A program made the translations under genes and the position numbers. Shown here in pieces: positions 13,671 through 28,727 of a stretch of 64,000 nt of DNA; the first letter of the stretch is position 1; every line of letters begins with the position of its first letter. The notes beneath the pieces are model-generated. The model saw only the letters and a program-made list of their open reading frames with translations, did no database searches and was not told where the DNA came from. Origin of the DNA: Eledone cirrhosa (taxonomy: Eukaryota); NCBI GenBank assembly GCA_964016885.1, contig OZ024742.1:75082001-75146000 (forward strand), in the 5' to 3' direction.

Positions 13671-13913
13671 CAGTGGCGGACTGGATCTAAAAACATTGGT
13701 CGCCAGGAGATGAAGGAGGCCCACCTACATATAGAATGCTATCTTTTAATTTCTATAATGAATAAATAACATTTCCAAAAGATACTTAAGTGGAAACAAA
13801 ACACTACAATCAAATTTTTTCGAAAAATATCTTACCTTCTCCAATAAAAATTATTATGTATTCTGCGAAATCCAGAGACTTTCAATAATGACCTCTGGTC
13901 TTTCACACTCACT

Positions 13914-14002
<89 letters not shown>

Positions 14003-14598
14003 GAGGCTAAAACATTCCGTATTTAACATCTTACGGAAACAGAAGAAGATAGCCCCAAACCTCTCCAGGACACAACAACTCGCCCTGAAGAACCTACGGA
14101 ATAGGGAACTTATATACTTACCATCCGACAAAGGTAAAGAGTTTTGCGTCATCTCTCAAGCCACATACAACAACCTACCCTTTGAACACCTAAGCGACAA
14201 TGAACTATATACAGATAGAAAAACAGACCAACTCCCTCTGGTTCGACATCTGTAAGAAAAGACAACTCCCAAATAAAGTTAAGCTCAACTACACCACTAG
14301 AAATAGCAGACTGCCCACTTTCTACCACCTCATCAAGACCCACAAGAATAGCACTAAGACACAAATAAGACCCATCGTCTCTAGCATAGAAGGACCCCTA
14401 TACAAAATTTCCTGGCTCCTCTCCTAGGTCCTCAAGCCTCTATTCTCCACCTTTCTCGGGCACGTCCGTAGCTCCGACGAAGTCATACGTAGACTACACC
14501 AACTCCAGCCTGAACAACTTAAACTAAATAGATACGCCTTTAGCCTCGACATTGTCTCCCTCTACACTACAGTCCCCGCTCATCCAGCTGTCGATTTA

Positions 14599-15747
14599 TT
14601 GACGGACTGCCTGGTCGCAGAGGACATCCACTGTTACAGCCTCCTTCCGACGGACATACACCAGCTTTTGTCGTTCACAGTGGACAACACGTACTTCACC
14701 TTCCACCATCACATATACAGACAGACAACAGGATTACCCATGGGATCCAGCCTATCGGGCCTGCTGACCATCACCTATATGAAACAGCTAGAATGCCGAG
14801 CCCTAAACACCTGCCATTCCCATAACTTCTTCACCAGATATGTAGATGACATACTCATCCTTACATTATCCCGTGAGGAGGCGGATAAAATATACACAAC
14901 ATTCTCCAGCATGGACGCCAGTATAAAGTTCAGCATGGAACACCCCGATGACCGCGGATCCCTATCCCTAATGGACTTCCAACTCAGGGTAACAGAGGAT
15001 GGCAACATCCACACTTGCTTCTATAAAAAAGCCGCCAGCAGGGACCTGTTCGTACATTTCAGATCGGCCCTCCCAGCCAGCGCTAAGTTCGGATACATAA
15101 GGAACGAACTAACACGTATCCGGAACAAATGCAACGACGCTAGAGGCCGAGACACACACACCACAAATTTCCTGAAAGTACTCAAACTGAACGGATACAC
15201 GACATCCACCACAAACCGTGCCAGAAAGAACAGAGGACACCACACCCGAGGCACTAACACTTGCTTCCTGAAGCTCCCACACTTCAGAGATGAAACAACA
15301 ACAACCATCCGCAGAGCTATCAGACGAGAGGGACTAGATATCCAACTGGCCGACTCAGGTCCTTCTCTACGCGGACAGCTAACCAAATGACACTCCACCA
15401 GACATGACAACCGCTGCAGGCTAGCCAACTGCCCCATCAATGACACAAACCTATGCCACCAGGCTTAAGTCGTATACAGGCTAGAGTGCGACAAATGCAG
15501 CAACTTCTACGTAGGTAGCACCACCAGACCACTCCACATAAGAATAAAAGAACACCTCAATACTAACGCTTCCTCATTTAAGAAACACCTAGTTAAATGC
15601 AAAAACACTGACAAAACCATAACAGTTACGATAGAAACTAAGGAAAGAAACCTCGGCAATCTTAGAATTAAGGAAGCACTAATTATAGACAAAACACAAC
15701 CACCAATCAATAATAGACTAAAATTCAACACCCAATTTATAACTTGA
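14599..15747 (+). pseudogene. PLE reverse transcriptase / GIY-YIG endonuclease coding region with in-frame stops
   Basis: ORF 14599..15390 continues in the same frame through TGA 15388 and a TAA at ~15466 into the GIY-YIG domain. Confidence 0.85.
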
Positions 15748-16132
15748 TAGAGCATCTAGCCCCATATTTACACACCCTTCCACACACGCACGAACACACA
15801 CACGCACGCACACACGCACACACACACACGCTTACACCTCCACTTATTCTCTCTCACACACACAAAGACCAGTTCTAACACGAGATAACATCTTTCCCCC
15901 ACATTTACGTATAGAAATATCTTCTCACACTCACACACACACATACTTATACCTAACACATTCTCCCACACACTTAAACAGGCATGTACAAAAAAACCCT
16001 TTTGAAGGGAGACTACTCTTTATCTACCTAACCTTAACTCTTTGACATTAGAGATAGAACAGATACTCTATACCATTTCCTGACAGCATGACTTGGCAAG
16101 CTATTTAGAAAACTGGTTGAACCGCTTTACTT

Positions 16133-16169
16133 CCCTCCGAAGAAGAGATATTATCTCGAAAATTAAGGA
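16133..16169 (+). ncRNA. Minimal hammerhead-like motif (U4C variant) in the PLE 3' repeat
   Basis: cct CCGAAGA a gagat att atctc GAAA at TA agg. Confidence 0.5.
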
Positions 16170-16328
16170 CATTTAAATAAATCTAAGGTAAAAGACTAAT
16201 TGTCAACAATATCTTTTGCATTTGCATTCTTTATTCTATGTCCATACCTGCATTGTTTTGGCTTTACTATACATATACAAACGTTTAAACCTCATTACAC
16301 AATGCTTCAAGTGAACTATAACTTCCTC

Positions 16329-16885
<557 letters not shown>

Positions 16886-16945
16886 TGTATATATAGATTA
16901 ATAACATGTTTCCAGCTTGTAAAACATTAATAGGGATCTAATTAA

Positions 16946-17012
<67 letters not shown>

Positions 17013-17024
17013 AAGAGAGAGAGA

Positions 17025-17510
<486 letters not shown>

Positions 17511-17915
17511 CATATATTTATGCATATGTATATGTATGTGTCTATGTATATTGTATACACACACACATCACACGCACATATATATATAAATATAAAGGTA
17601 GAACACTGGAAGGTAATATCCGTAGTAGTAGAGCACTCAGTCCATAGCACGAGTTAGGTGGAAGTAGTAACATAACAGTTTCACCTTATTCCGATCTTCA
17701 GAATACAAGAATAAAAGAATACAATATTACTTTAATTGGAGGAGTGGGGTGAAATGAGCATTTAGATAGCATATATATATCACACATATACTGACGCACA
17801 GACACACACACACACACACACACACATTATGCTGATCTTCAGCTCGGACTGAAGATCCACATAAGGTGAAACAATTGTTCTCGGTATGGTGAACTCTTGT
17901 GTTACTACTTCTATA

Positions 17916-18418
<503 letters not shown>

Positions 18419-18420
18419 TT

Positions 18421-19735
18421 ATTAAAATAACAGATTAAAGTTTAAGCAAAGAATCGCTGCTTTCACCCTTAACGGGATCTTCTGTGAACGCAGAAGTAAA
18501 TATTTCGAAAAACGTTGCAACCGAAGGAAGACAGGAAGACAATACTTTGGTTCCTGGAAATGTTCCCTGGCAAAGAACGAGAAAAAAAAACGAAGATAAT
18601 ACGTCATTATTTGGATCGTTGAAAACAATTACACGCAAAGACAAAACCACGTTTATGGTATAAATGAAGTCATAGACTAATATTCTATTAGGTGGTTCAT
18701 GGAGACGTTCTCTGGCAATGGACGAAAAAAACGAAGATAATACGTCATTATGCGAGGCGCTGAGAACAATTACACGCAAAGACAAAACCACGTTTATGGT
18801 ATAACTAAAGTCGTAGACTAAAATTCTATTTAGGAAACCGAATGATTCTCGGCTTCAGAGTTAAGAATAATGTAAATAAATTACAGAAGTAATTGAAATA
18901 AACAAAAATTAAATATATACATGCACGCATCGATATACGTACATACACATGCATACGCGAAAACACCCGCCGTGTGTATGCAAATACAAGCACGTACACA
19001 AAAAAACACGCACGCACATACAGAACCCACGCAACGCCTGTACCCGCGCACATACGAACGTATACACCAAATACACATAAAAATATATATTAAAAAACGT
19101 GTAAACATATAATTATATAAACGTATATAAATATACACACATAAAAACGTATATAACGCGTGCACACAAATACCTACATGTAAATACACATATGTACGCT
19201 AAACGTACGTCAACCAAAAAACAAAGTACATAAATACACACACCCTACATACGTACGAATGCGCATACTCACACAGACGCAAAACTCACGTATTTACATA
19301 ACCATATGCACATGTGCCTGTATATATAATATAATATATACGCCTATAACAAATACAAGCAAATATACGTACGAGAAAGTATACGTACCTTCACAAAACA
19401 TACAGGTAATATATGCTTACCTATACAAATAAGTAATGGTATAAACATAACATATAGTTAGCTACCACATCAAGACATAAAATATCCGCGTATAGTTCGT
19501 ACTATCCGTTAGGGTATAATGTGGGGCTGTAATACAGGAAAGTTTTGTGCAATTTATGTTTACAAGCCGAAATATCCTCAGATTTTTTGTTTAAGATGTG
19601 GTCTTTGGCGTAGAGTATTTCCAGGGCTTCAGCAGCGCAGGGGTCACATGGTCTTTTATTTCCATTATACGATCTAGCTTAAGCTAGGATCTCCCAGTGT
19701 AACTTATATTGGGTGTGATTGTCTTTTAAACTCCA
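18421..19735 (-). mobile_element. PLE 3' stub (C-terminus plus 3'UTR)
   Basis: Minus 19735-19520 reads WSLKDNHTQYKLHWEILA*ARSYNGNKRPCDPCAAEALEIL...LNKKSE..ACKHK, similar to the 11500-11690 terminus. The terminal part recurs at 28530-28695 and 31220-31500. There is a ~146-bp tandem duplication at ~18548-18830. Confidence 0.75.
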
Positions 19736-19899
19736 GATTAAAGCTGAATATATATATAACGAAGGAGGTGTAGTCAGGAACCAGATGGACCATAACGCAC
19801 CAGAGTACTCAATACTTAGGGTAGTACAGTGGGTAATAGGAAAATGTTTAAGCCCGACGGCAGATCTCAAGCCGTTTCGACGGCTTTTTCTAGAAATAG

Positions 19900-19941
19900 C
19901 CGATGATTCCAGACATACGTCTGGAAGAAACAATTGTCAGC
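19900..19941 (+). ncRNA. Hammerhead ribozyme motif, U4C core variant
   Basis: CCGATGA ttccagac atac gtctggaa GAAA caattg TC agc, with a perfect 8-bp stem II, palindromic stem III and a GUC site. Confidence 0.65.
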
Positions 19942-20037
19942 AATTAAATGTATTAAACTAAGATTTGATTGTTTTATATTTTGTATATATATATACAAAA
20001 TATAAAACAATCAAATCTTAGTTTAATACATTTAATT

Positions 20038-20082
20038 GCTGACAATTGTTTCTTCCAGACGGATATCTGGATTCATCGGAGC
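20038..20082 (-). ncRNA. Hammerhead ribozyme motif, U4C core variant (mirror copy)
   Basis: Reverse complement reads gct CCGATGA atccagatatccgtctggaa GAAA caattg TC agc. Confidence 0.65.
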
Positions 20083-21135
20083 ATAAAGAATGTTTAAACA
20101 GGTAATTAAAATCCTAGTCTTCTTAGATACATAACTACTGCCAGTGTCATTGACATCATATAGAAAAGCAGGAGTTACAAAAGGATGTTATGCTACAGAA
20201 AACACAGTATACAGCGTAATGGTAAAAAGTGAAATATTGAGCATATTATATATAACAAGATATTGTTTAAGGTAATACGTGTGCAAAAGATACAAGCAAA
20301 AAAAAGAAGACACAAGCAAAAAATGATGTAAGATAAGATAGATAAAAGATATCATAGCATTGAAAAGCAGGTAATGTTAAGGGTGTATAATGCAAAAGTT
20401 ACTAAAATTAAGAAAGGCATGCATGAGGTAAGAGTTATATAATAAATGAAACAAGCATATTTCATATAGAATGTAGAAGCATGTTAAAAGTGTTAGAAAT
20501 GTTTAAATTTTTTAAAATGGCATGCAATATGGTAAAGAGATATGTGGTGATAAATTAGATAGATGTTATGTAAAGTATAGTGCAAAAAACGTAATTAAAT
20601 TAGATAGGTAATTACCTATTGAAGAATTTTTATATTGGAGTTTCTATATAGATGTATATATTGGGTGGAAATATATTATACAATGCATTCCTATCTTTAA
20701 ATTTTCTGTTAAGAAATATTAGAGCTTGCTTTATGTGCGAGTTCTATTAATAGTTATTAGGCGAAGTCGGAAGGTTGAGAAGTCGTTAAATTGTTTTAAC
20801 GTTATGAATTTAAAAAAAATAAGGAAACGATATTCGCAAGGGGAGTTAATAACAAATTGTATAATATATTTCCTATAATAACATGGCCAGTAATACAGTG
20901 GAATTTATCTTTATCAAACACACATTTTTAAACTATACACATCTCAAACACATTACATCTAAAATTAAGAAAATTCCATGGTTAACACATTTGTGTTACA
21001 CTCAATATATACATCTATAATTTTATTAATTTTTGCATTATACACCCTTAACATTACCTACTTTTCATTCCGTGTTATTTCAAATTTCACCTTTTCTCTA
21101 TATACACTGTATTGTAGTATAGAACCTTACTTCTC

Positions 21136-21223
<88 letters not shown>

Positions 21224-21446
21224 CGTTTATAGCACTAATACACATAAAGCAGCAGCCTGGAACTCTAGTTTTTATAATCCCTCCGATAAATCGTTCGACC
21301 TGCGACGAGTCCACGCCACGACTTTACCATTTAACAAACGCACGCAATTGCCGTCGCAGGTCGATGAACAAACAGAAGCACAATTTAGTATAGCTAGATC
21401 CGAACTTAGAAATATTATAGAACAGTAGAGCAAGAAGCATAATAGA

Positions 21447-22619
21447 ATGGAGGCCCAGCAACTGGGAGAAACATTTGCAAATGGCTTGCGTAAGCTCATG
21501 CAGCGCTCGCGTAATGGAGAGATAGCATGCTTTCCAACAGACAAGCCTGGCAGAATGTCGGTTGACAGCCTGCCAAACTACATCCAGGCAATGCAACCCC
21601 ACATCACTAACACAAGAGAGGTAACACCACAGGAGCATGAGGATAGAGAAAAAGCCCTCAATGCCCATATGGTGATGTGGACGAATATAATGCAGCCCAA
21701 CAAAAGGACTGCCAACAACTTCCAGGCCTGGAACAATGACGTGCCGGCGTTGTATGGGCTTCGAAAAGACCATAAAACGGGCAGTGACCCTGTCGCGGGA
21801 CCACCAACACGGCCAGTCTGTGGAGCTAACATTGCTAGTAACTACAGACTGTCCTACTTCCTCTCCCTGATCATAAGCCCCATCATCGAAATGTCCCCAG
21901 ATGTATATGACAGCACGGAGGACCTCCTCAGCAGAATCGGCGTGAGTAACCGATCTAGGGACCTAACAAACTGCATAATAGGTAGTATGGATGTTGTGTC
22001 CCTGTATCCATCTATTGACGTGGATTTTGCTGTGGAGAAATGCGTAGAAATGATCAGTGATAGCAATGTTGAGTTCCGTGGGATTGATACAAGTGAGCTG
22101 GGACTCCTACTTAAACTTACCTATAGTAATAATTACCTAGACACATATGACCTTAGCAACCTGTGCCCTACAAGACCAGCAAGAGGCAGACCACCTACCA
22201 TTACCTCAATGGCCAAGAAAACCCACACAGATAGATGGAACGGGTGGACCAGCGCCATACGGACACCCAAAAACCAAGATGAACTGAAGAAAATGATTGC
22301 ACATGCGGTAGGGGCCAGCATAAAACTAACCCTTAAGGAACATATGTTCAAATTTAATGGAAATACATATGCCCAAGAGGAAGGAGCAGCCATTGGTGTT
22401 AGCATTGCAGGCGACATAGCTAACTTATTCATGGTATGGTGGGACAGTAGACTTAAACTTAAGCTTAAAGAACAATTAGAAGACCCCTTAACCCTGATAA
22501 TGTACTCCCGCTACGTTGATGATATAAACATCGTAGTCAAGACACCCCCACTAGAGAACAGTCAGGAACTAAAAAAAAAAAAAAAAAAACACAATGGAAA
22601 GCATCCAGCAAATAGCTAA
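21447..22619 (+). CDS. PLE reverse transcriptase (N-terminal ORF piece; frameshift at poly-A ~22571-22589)
   Basis: PTDKPG, LYGLRKDHK, TRPVCGA, SMDVVSLYPSID, QEEGAAIG, RYVDDI. Confidence 0.85.
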   Translation: MEAQQLGETFANGLRKLMQRSRNGEIACFPTDKPGRMSVDSLPNYIQAMQPHITNTREVTPQEHEDREKALNAHMVMWTNIMQPNKRTANNFQAWNNDVPALYGLRKDHKTGSDPVAGPPTRPVCGANIASNYRLSYFLSLIISPIIEMSPDVYDSTEDLLSRIGVSNRSRDLTNCIIGSMDVVSLYPSIDVDFAVEKCVEMISDSNVEFRGIDTSELGLLLKLTYSNNYLDTYDLSNLCPTRPARGRPPTITSMAKKTHTDRWNGWTSAIRTPKNQDELKKMIAHAVGASIKLTLKEHMFKFNGNTYAQEEGAAIGVSIAGDIANLFMVWWDSRLKLKLKEQLEDPLTLIMYSRYVDDINIVVKTPPLENSQELKKKKKKHNGKHPANS

Positions 22620-23652
22620 CTCCATCCACCAGAGCATTAGAGTTACTATAGACTACCCAAGTAAACACCCCAACCATCGATTACCTGTACTAGACACAGA
22701 GCTCTGGTTAGATACCATTAATAACAAAAAACAAATCCTCCATTCCCATTATGCCAAACCCATGACTTCCAAACATCTGATCCACCGAAACTCGGCCGTT
22801 TCGGACCATACCAAAATCAACATACTGATTGCGGATTTGGTACGGGTGATGAGAAACGTGTCCCGCATGTGCAACCCCGAAGAACTAGAGAGACACATAC
22901 AACACTTCATCCACCGTATGCAGTTCTCTGGCTACAATCAGAGAGATAAAATCAGAGTGTATAGAGGAGCCAGAACCAAATGGGAAAAAATGGTAAATAA
23001 TGACATAAATGGGACCTGCCCCTTGTATAGGAGCAAATTTTGGAATAGAATAGAAAGAACTAGGAACAAGGCTAATAGAATAAACTCATGGTATGATAGC
23101 AATAAATACCAGAGTGTAATGTTCATCGATACAACCCCTAGAGGTGAATTAGCTTACAAATTTAGAAGGGCCCTAAATAAACATAAACTCAATATTAAGA
23201 TAGTAGAAAGACTAGGTACCTCCGTAAAAACACTTATTAGCAAGACATACCCTTTTCAAAGACCCTCATGTATAGATGAGAAATGTATAACCTGTAAAAT
23301 AAGCCCCCATATTAACTGTAAAACTAGAAATGTAGTGTACAGCATAAGATGTACTGAAGGACAATGTAGAGACAAAAATATAGTGTACATAGGTGAGACA
23401 GCTCGTAGTGTAGGGGAACGGATAAATGAACACTGGCGAGACCTTCAAGATAGTGAAGAATCATCTGTACTCTACCAACATGCTAAAATAGAACACAAGG
23501 GTAAATTAGAGAACATAGAAATAAAAATAGAATCTACACACAGAAAAGACGCAATGTTTAGACAAATTACAGAGGCAATAAACATAAAAGAATTACAACC
23601 AAAATTAAATAGAAAATATGAGTGGAACAGCAACATCACAACTTACAATTAA
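22594..23652 (+). CDS. PLE RT thumb + Cys-rich linker + GIY-YIG endonuclease (continuation)
   Basis: LPVLDTELW, HYAKPM, SGY, CIDEKCITC..INC, VVYSIRC...YIGETARSVGERINEH, RQITEA..I....PKLN. Confidence 0.88.
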   Translation: MESIQQIANSIHQSIRVTIDYPSKHPNHRLPVLDTELWLDTINNKKQILHSHYAKPMTSKHLIHRNSAVSDHTKINILIADLVRVMRNVSRMCNPEELERHIQHFIHRMQFSGYNQRDKIRVYRGARTKWEKMVNNDINGTCPLYRSKFWNRIERTRNKANRINSWYDSNKYQSVMFIDTTPRGELAYKFRRALNKHKLNIKIVERLGTSVKTLISKTYPFQRPSCIDEKCITCKISPHINCKTRNVVYSIRCTEGQCRDKNIVYIGETARSVGERINEHWRDLQDSEESSVLYQHAKIEHKGKLENIEIKIESTHRKDAMFRQITEAINIKELQPKLNRKYEWNSNITTYN

Positions 23653-23853
23653 GGACAAAATGAAAACACACACACACATAGAACAAAGAACCAACCAGTA
23701 ACATGTAAATAAACAAATAAATAAATGAACATAAACACACACAGACGCCCGGATGTGGCGCATGCGCAGACTGAGCACACAACACACACACAGAAACAAA
23801 ATGGCGTAGGACAGAACAAAGGAGAGGCACAGAAACAACGAAAGGAATCCCCA

Positions 23854-23896
23854 GTCACTGAAGAGGTCACAGAGTGTGTGACGAAATAACTATGAC
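23854..23896 (+). ncRNA. Minimal hammerhead motif in the PLE 3' repeat
   Basis: gtca CTGAAGA g gtcaca gagtg tgtgac GAAA taac TA tgac. Stem III is non-canonical. Confidence 0.6.
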
Positions 23897-24048
23897 AATA
23901 TATAAACAACTATCTGGTTGTGGAACCAGCCAACCAACCAGAAATTTATAAATTTATAAATTTATTATAAATTTATTATAATAATAAATTGAAGTGAAAG
24001 CAACTGGTGCGTGTGTTTCTTATTGGCAACATGACCCTCCCAAAGTAT

Positions 24049-24162
<114 letters not shown>

Positions 24163-24390
24163 GTTTGTATATGTCAATATATATATATATATTTGAAAAG
24201 GGAAGTAAGGTTCTATACAAAACAATGGTTACAAAGAAACGTTGAAGTTTGAAATAGCACGGAAAATATATTTTAGGTATCTGTTTATCTTTTTTTGCCC
24301 TTTCTCTAATTCGCCAAAGTGACATTATTGAAAAAATAAGAGGTACAATTCTTTTAAAAACGAGTTTTATAATGTATATAAAGTATATAA

Positions 24391-24438
24391 TGTATTACCG
24401 GTTTCGATGTATTAGTAAAATTCATCTTGTCAAATGTT
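24391..24438 (-). ncRNA. Hammerhead-like motif, U3-A8 variant
   Basis: Reverse complement reads at TTGACAA gatg [13 nt] catc GAAA ccgg TA at. Stem I is short. Confidence 0.45.
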
Positions 24439-25169
24439 GAGTATTACAATTAAAAGAATTAATAAGAATTAAAAGCTAAAAATTAAAGATTTAAAATTAA
24501 GAGTTAAGTTTTTTTCACCTTCCTTGTTGAGAAGGAGACCTAAAAATGAACTCTTGTGTATAGAGAGAGAGTTGTGTAGTCATGATAGTAGCAGCAGCAG
24601 TGGTGGTAGGGGTGTTTCTTCACAGAATAAAATTGTTTTTAGGGACAAAGGAAATATTCTGTAAATATGTGTGTGTATCTCAATTGTGTTAATGGACTGG
24701 TCAAGAGTTCAGATGGGCTAAGGGGTAAATTGTAACCTAGAGACAAATTCTATGGGATAGGCAACAGTAGGGTTGGAAGAAAAATTTATTTTAGGAATAT
24801 GGTTTTAGAGAGTGTGTGTACATGAGAGAGTGTATATATAAAGAAATATACAAAAAATACACACATGTGTGTGTTTGGGTGGGTGGGGAATGGTGTGTGA
24901 GTGTGTGTGTGTGTGTATGTACTTCAGTCTGTCTGCCACAGGTTCCTTTGTGGTGGGAAATTAAAAAAATAGGGCAAAGCATCAGTGGTGGCTTTCAATC
25001 AGGAATTTTTGGAAAATATGTGTATGACCATTTTTTCTCTTATTTCGTGGTGTGTATGTATGTGTGTGTTTGTGTGTATGTGCGCGCGCGCGCGTTTGTG
25101 GGAGAGAGAATCTAATGGTGGTGATTACATATTTAATTTTGGTTTAAATTTGTTAACAAATAGTTTATT

Positions 25170-25202
<33 letters not shown>

Positions 25203-25553
25203 GTTGTGTGTGTTTGTCTATATATGTATGTTTGCATGCATGAATGAATAGACGAAGATTTAGATTTAGTAGAATGTACAACCACAGATTCCAGCTGTCT
25301 GCAGTATCATATAGTTTGATTTCTGTTAATTCCCTGGGGAATTGGTTGACCAAATGCTTTGCTTAATTGTTTTATTTATTTAAAGAAAACAAATATTCTT
25401 CCTCTTAGACTTCAGGTATGTTTTGAAAGCAAAGCCTTGTCCCTAGAATACTACAGTGAAACCTGCAATGCTACTGTGGGCCCCTGCAATGCTACTGTGG
25501 GCACCCTGGTGCCCGCTTGCCATTAGGCAACCTGGCAACCTGGCTAGTCCGTC

Positions 25554-25589
<36 letters not shown>

Positions 25590-25615
25590 CACACACACAC
25601 ACGCACACACACACA

Positions 25616-25677
<62 letters not shown>

Positions 25678-25691
25678 TATATATAAATATT

Positions 25692-25724
<33 letters not shown>

Positions 25725-26394
25725 TGAGGGCTACAGATGACAACTAATTGCACCCATTACAACTAATATTTTTTAAATTTTACATCACGCTTGCGCTTTA
25801 TAAACCTCTGTGCGGGCCGAGGGTGTGCTTGTAAAGGGCCGCATGTTTGACATGACTGATCTAAAGTGCTTTACAGTATTCATTTACATCTTTCTATGTT
25901 GTGTATTCAAATTCTGTAGGGTTTAATTTTGCCTTTTCTACTTGTTGATTTGTTAAAGCAAGTACTGGTTTTCTTGGTTAAAGACATATGGCTGAATAGG
26001 AAGATGTTATTGCAAATGAGAGATTCAAATTATCCTAATTTATGATTTAAATATTTGGATCATGCTCATTCTGGGGCGCTGCTATCAGATGTGTTATTTG
26101 ATTATTTCAACCAACAGTATGTTTTCAGTTACTCATTTCATGTACTTGAAATTTAAAAGCGAAGCCGACTTGAGTCTGGAGGGGAGTAATCTAAATTTGT
26201 ACGACACCATACTGATTCTGCTGAGCTTCACAGATGCAGACAGACAGATGCAACCCCCCCCCCCACACACATATATATATATATAAATATATACATATAT
26301 ATATATATAAATATATACATTTATATATAAATATATATATAAATATATTAAATGTATTAAATGTAAATATATTAAAACAAACCTTAAATTCTTA

Positions 26395-28238
26395 TTTAAA
26401 TTTGCAAAAGAAACTGCTCGGTACACTGCAAGATTGGGCAACTCCTCCATAAATATGGTTCATTAACTGAGGATCCCCAAAGGATAAGTGAAATACTGAA
26501 CGAACAGAACAAAATGTGTTCACACCCACATTGACGTACATGCATATAACAAAGCCAGGGGATATCTTTGATGCCACAACGCTCCAGGAAGACATGGTGA
26601 CCATCAACCATATAGACATAATGGAGGAAGATGTGATATCCGCCATAGACGAAATTAGAAGAAACTCAGCTGCTGGACCTGATGGATTCCCAGCAGTCGT
26701 CCTAAAAACGTATAAGCGTGCTTTAACAAGACCACTGAAGATCCTCTTCAGAAGTTCTTTGGCTAGCGGTAAACTACCCAGAGAGCTAAAAGAAGGCACA
26801 ATATGCCCTTTCCATAAAGTAGGAAGCAGAGCGGAGTGCAAAAATATACAGGCCAATCTCCCTGACGTCACATATCAGTAAGATCATGGAACGAATCATG
26901 ATAAAGAAACTGATCACGTTCCTCAAGGAAAATGACCGCCTAACTAGCACGCGGCGTGGCTTTCACCCATGAAGAAGCTGCCTTACACAGCTGTTAAAAC
27001 ACTATGACTTGGTACTGAAACAACTGCTGGACAGCTCACATGTGGACGTGATATTTCCTGACTTTGCGAAGGCCATTGACAAGATCGACCAAGGGATGAT
27101 ATCTCACAAACTACACAGACTCGGCATAACTGGAAAAGTAGGTGAGAGGCTGCATGATTTCTTAAAAGACAGATGCCAGACAGTTGCAGCCAATGGGCTC
27201 CTCTCAAATGAAACGCAATAAGAAGTGGGATGCCACAGGGTACAGTCTTGGGACCACTACTGTTTTTGCTGGCTCTCTAACACCTCTGTAGTTCATACAA
27301 CATTTCTCACTAGCTAAGCTGATGACACAAAGGTAACACAGGCAATCAAAAACCCGGCTGATGCAGCCCTTTTACAACAAGATCTGGATGCCATATACAA
27401 ATGGGTTGAGGACTACAACATGCAATTTAATGATGGAAAATTTCAAGTCCTACAATACAAACCTGCAAACACAAATACAATACAACACAGCTACACCGGA
27501 CAGAGGACGGATCGAAACCCCCGTGTCGAAATCGATACGAGACCTGGAGATAGACTTGAGCGACGATTTTCTTTTTCTTCAAACATAATGAGGGTGGCGA
27601 CAATGTGCAGACGACTCGCTGGCTGGATCTTGAGGACATTCCGGACTAGAGACCGAGAGACCATATTGATACAATTGAGGACATTTGTAAGCCGCCTGGA
27701 CTATTGCACCCAGCTGTGATCACCACATAGCATCAAACTAACCATGGAGCTTGAGGCAATCCAACGAAGCTACAACAAGAGGATTGCCACGATAAAGGAG
27801 ATGAGCTACTGGGAAAGGCTAAACGAACTGAAACTCTACTCCTTGGAACGAAGACGGGAAAGATACGCAGTGATATATACATGGAAAATCCTGGAGGGAC
27901 TAGCACCAAACTTTGGCATTGAGAGCTGGACCAAACCGCGAAAATGTCGTCATTGTGTCGTGCCGAAGATCCTGTCAGAATAAGGAGCAGATATTGTAAT
28001 AGCCTGGGGTTCAAAGGCCCTCAACTATTTACAAGCTGCCAAGAAATTTGAGAGATCTGCATGGTATGGACGTGGATGTTTTCAAGAAATATCTCGACAC
28101 CCTGCTATCCAGGATCTCGGATGAGCCCACAGCACGGTACGAAATAAATCTAAGGGCAGCAGCAACAGACTCCATCTTACACCAATGGCCAGCCAACACA
28201 GGCTGGAGATGTGTAGTAAAAGAGTAAAAGAGTAAAAG
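26395..28238 (+). mobile_element. CR1-like (Jockey group) LINE, decayed RT and 3' end
   Basis: SAAGPDGFP, RPISLTSHISKIMER, RSCLTQLL, DFAKAIDKID, GMPQGTVLGPLLF, ADDTK, SRLDYC, and YWERLNELKLYSLERRRERY. The tail is (agtaaaag)3 at ~28215-28238. Confidence 0.9.
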
Positions 28239-28255
28239 GAATATATATATATAAA

Positions 28256-28687
28256 TCTATATATCTAAAACAGAGAATCTCTGTCTGTCTTCCTAAAACT
28301 TGAGAACCACCCAACCAAATTTTTTCAAACTTTACACATGTAATACTTATGGCCGTATGAGTGCTTTGAGCAAAAAATTTCAAATGTTCAATGCTCTACG
28401 GACCGCATTAGGCACCGGTTAGCGATCTCTCTCTCTTTCTTAGTCTGTCTTTTTAGATAGATACATAGCTCTAAAGTCGCGCCCTTATAATATCTGTATG
28501 TATATTTGGCTGCATTACAATATTATGAAAACGTCTTCACGAACCAAAGTATTGTCTTCCTGTTTTCCTTCGGTTGCAACGTTTTTCGAAATATTTATTT
28601 CTGCGTTCACAGATTGATTTTTTTTAGTTTCAGAAGATCCAGTTAAGGGTGAAAGCAGCGATTCTTTGCTTAAACTTTAATCTGTTA

Positions 28688-28727
<40 letters not shown>

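Noticed and set aside
15388-15390. In-frame TGA in the PLE as possible selenocysteine
   Set aside because: It is not at a Cys-motif position and is probably CGA>TGA decay. The same copy has TAG and TAA stops, and no SECIS was recognised.
17665-17915. CTGAAGA...GAAA motifs in an inverted pair (similar motif at ~28630)
   Set aside because: Stems I and II could not be paired convincingly. Possibly a degenerate HHR family, but not called.
25800-25970. Possible hAT terminus and degenerate SINE
   Set aside because: Too short and diverged to support without a repeat-library search.
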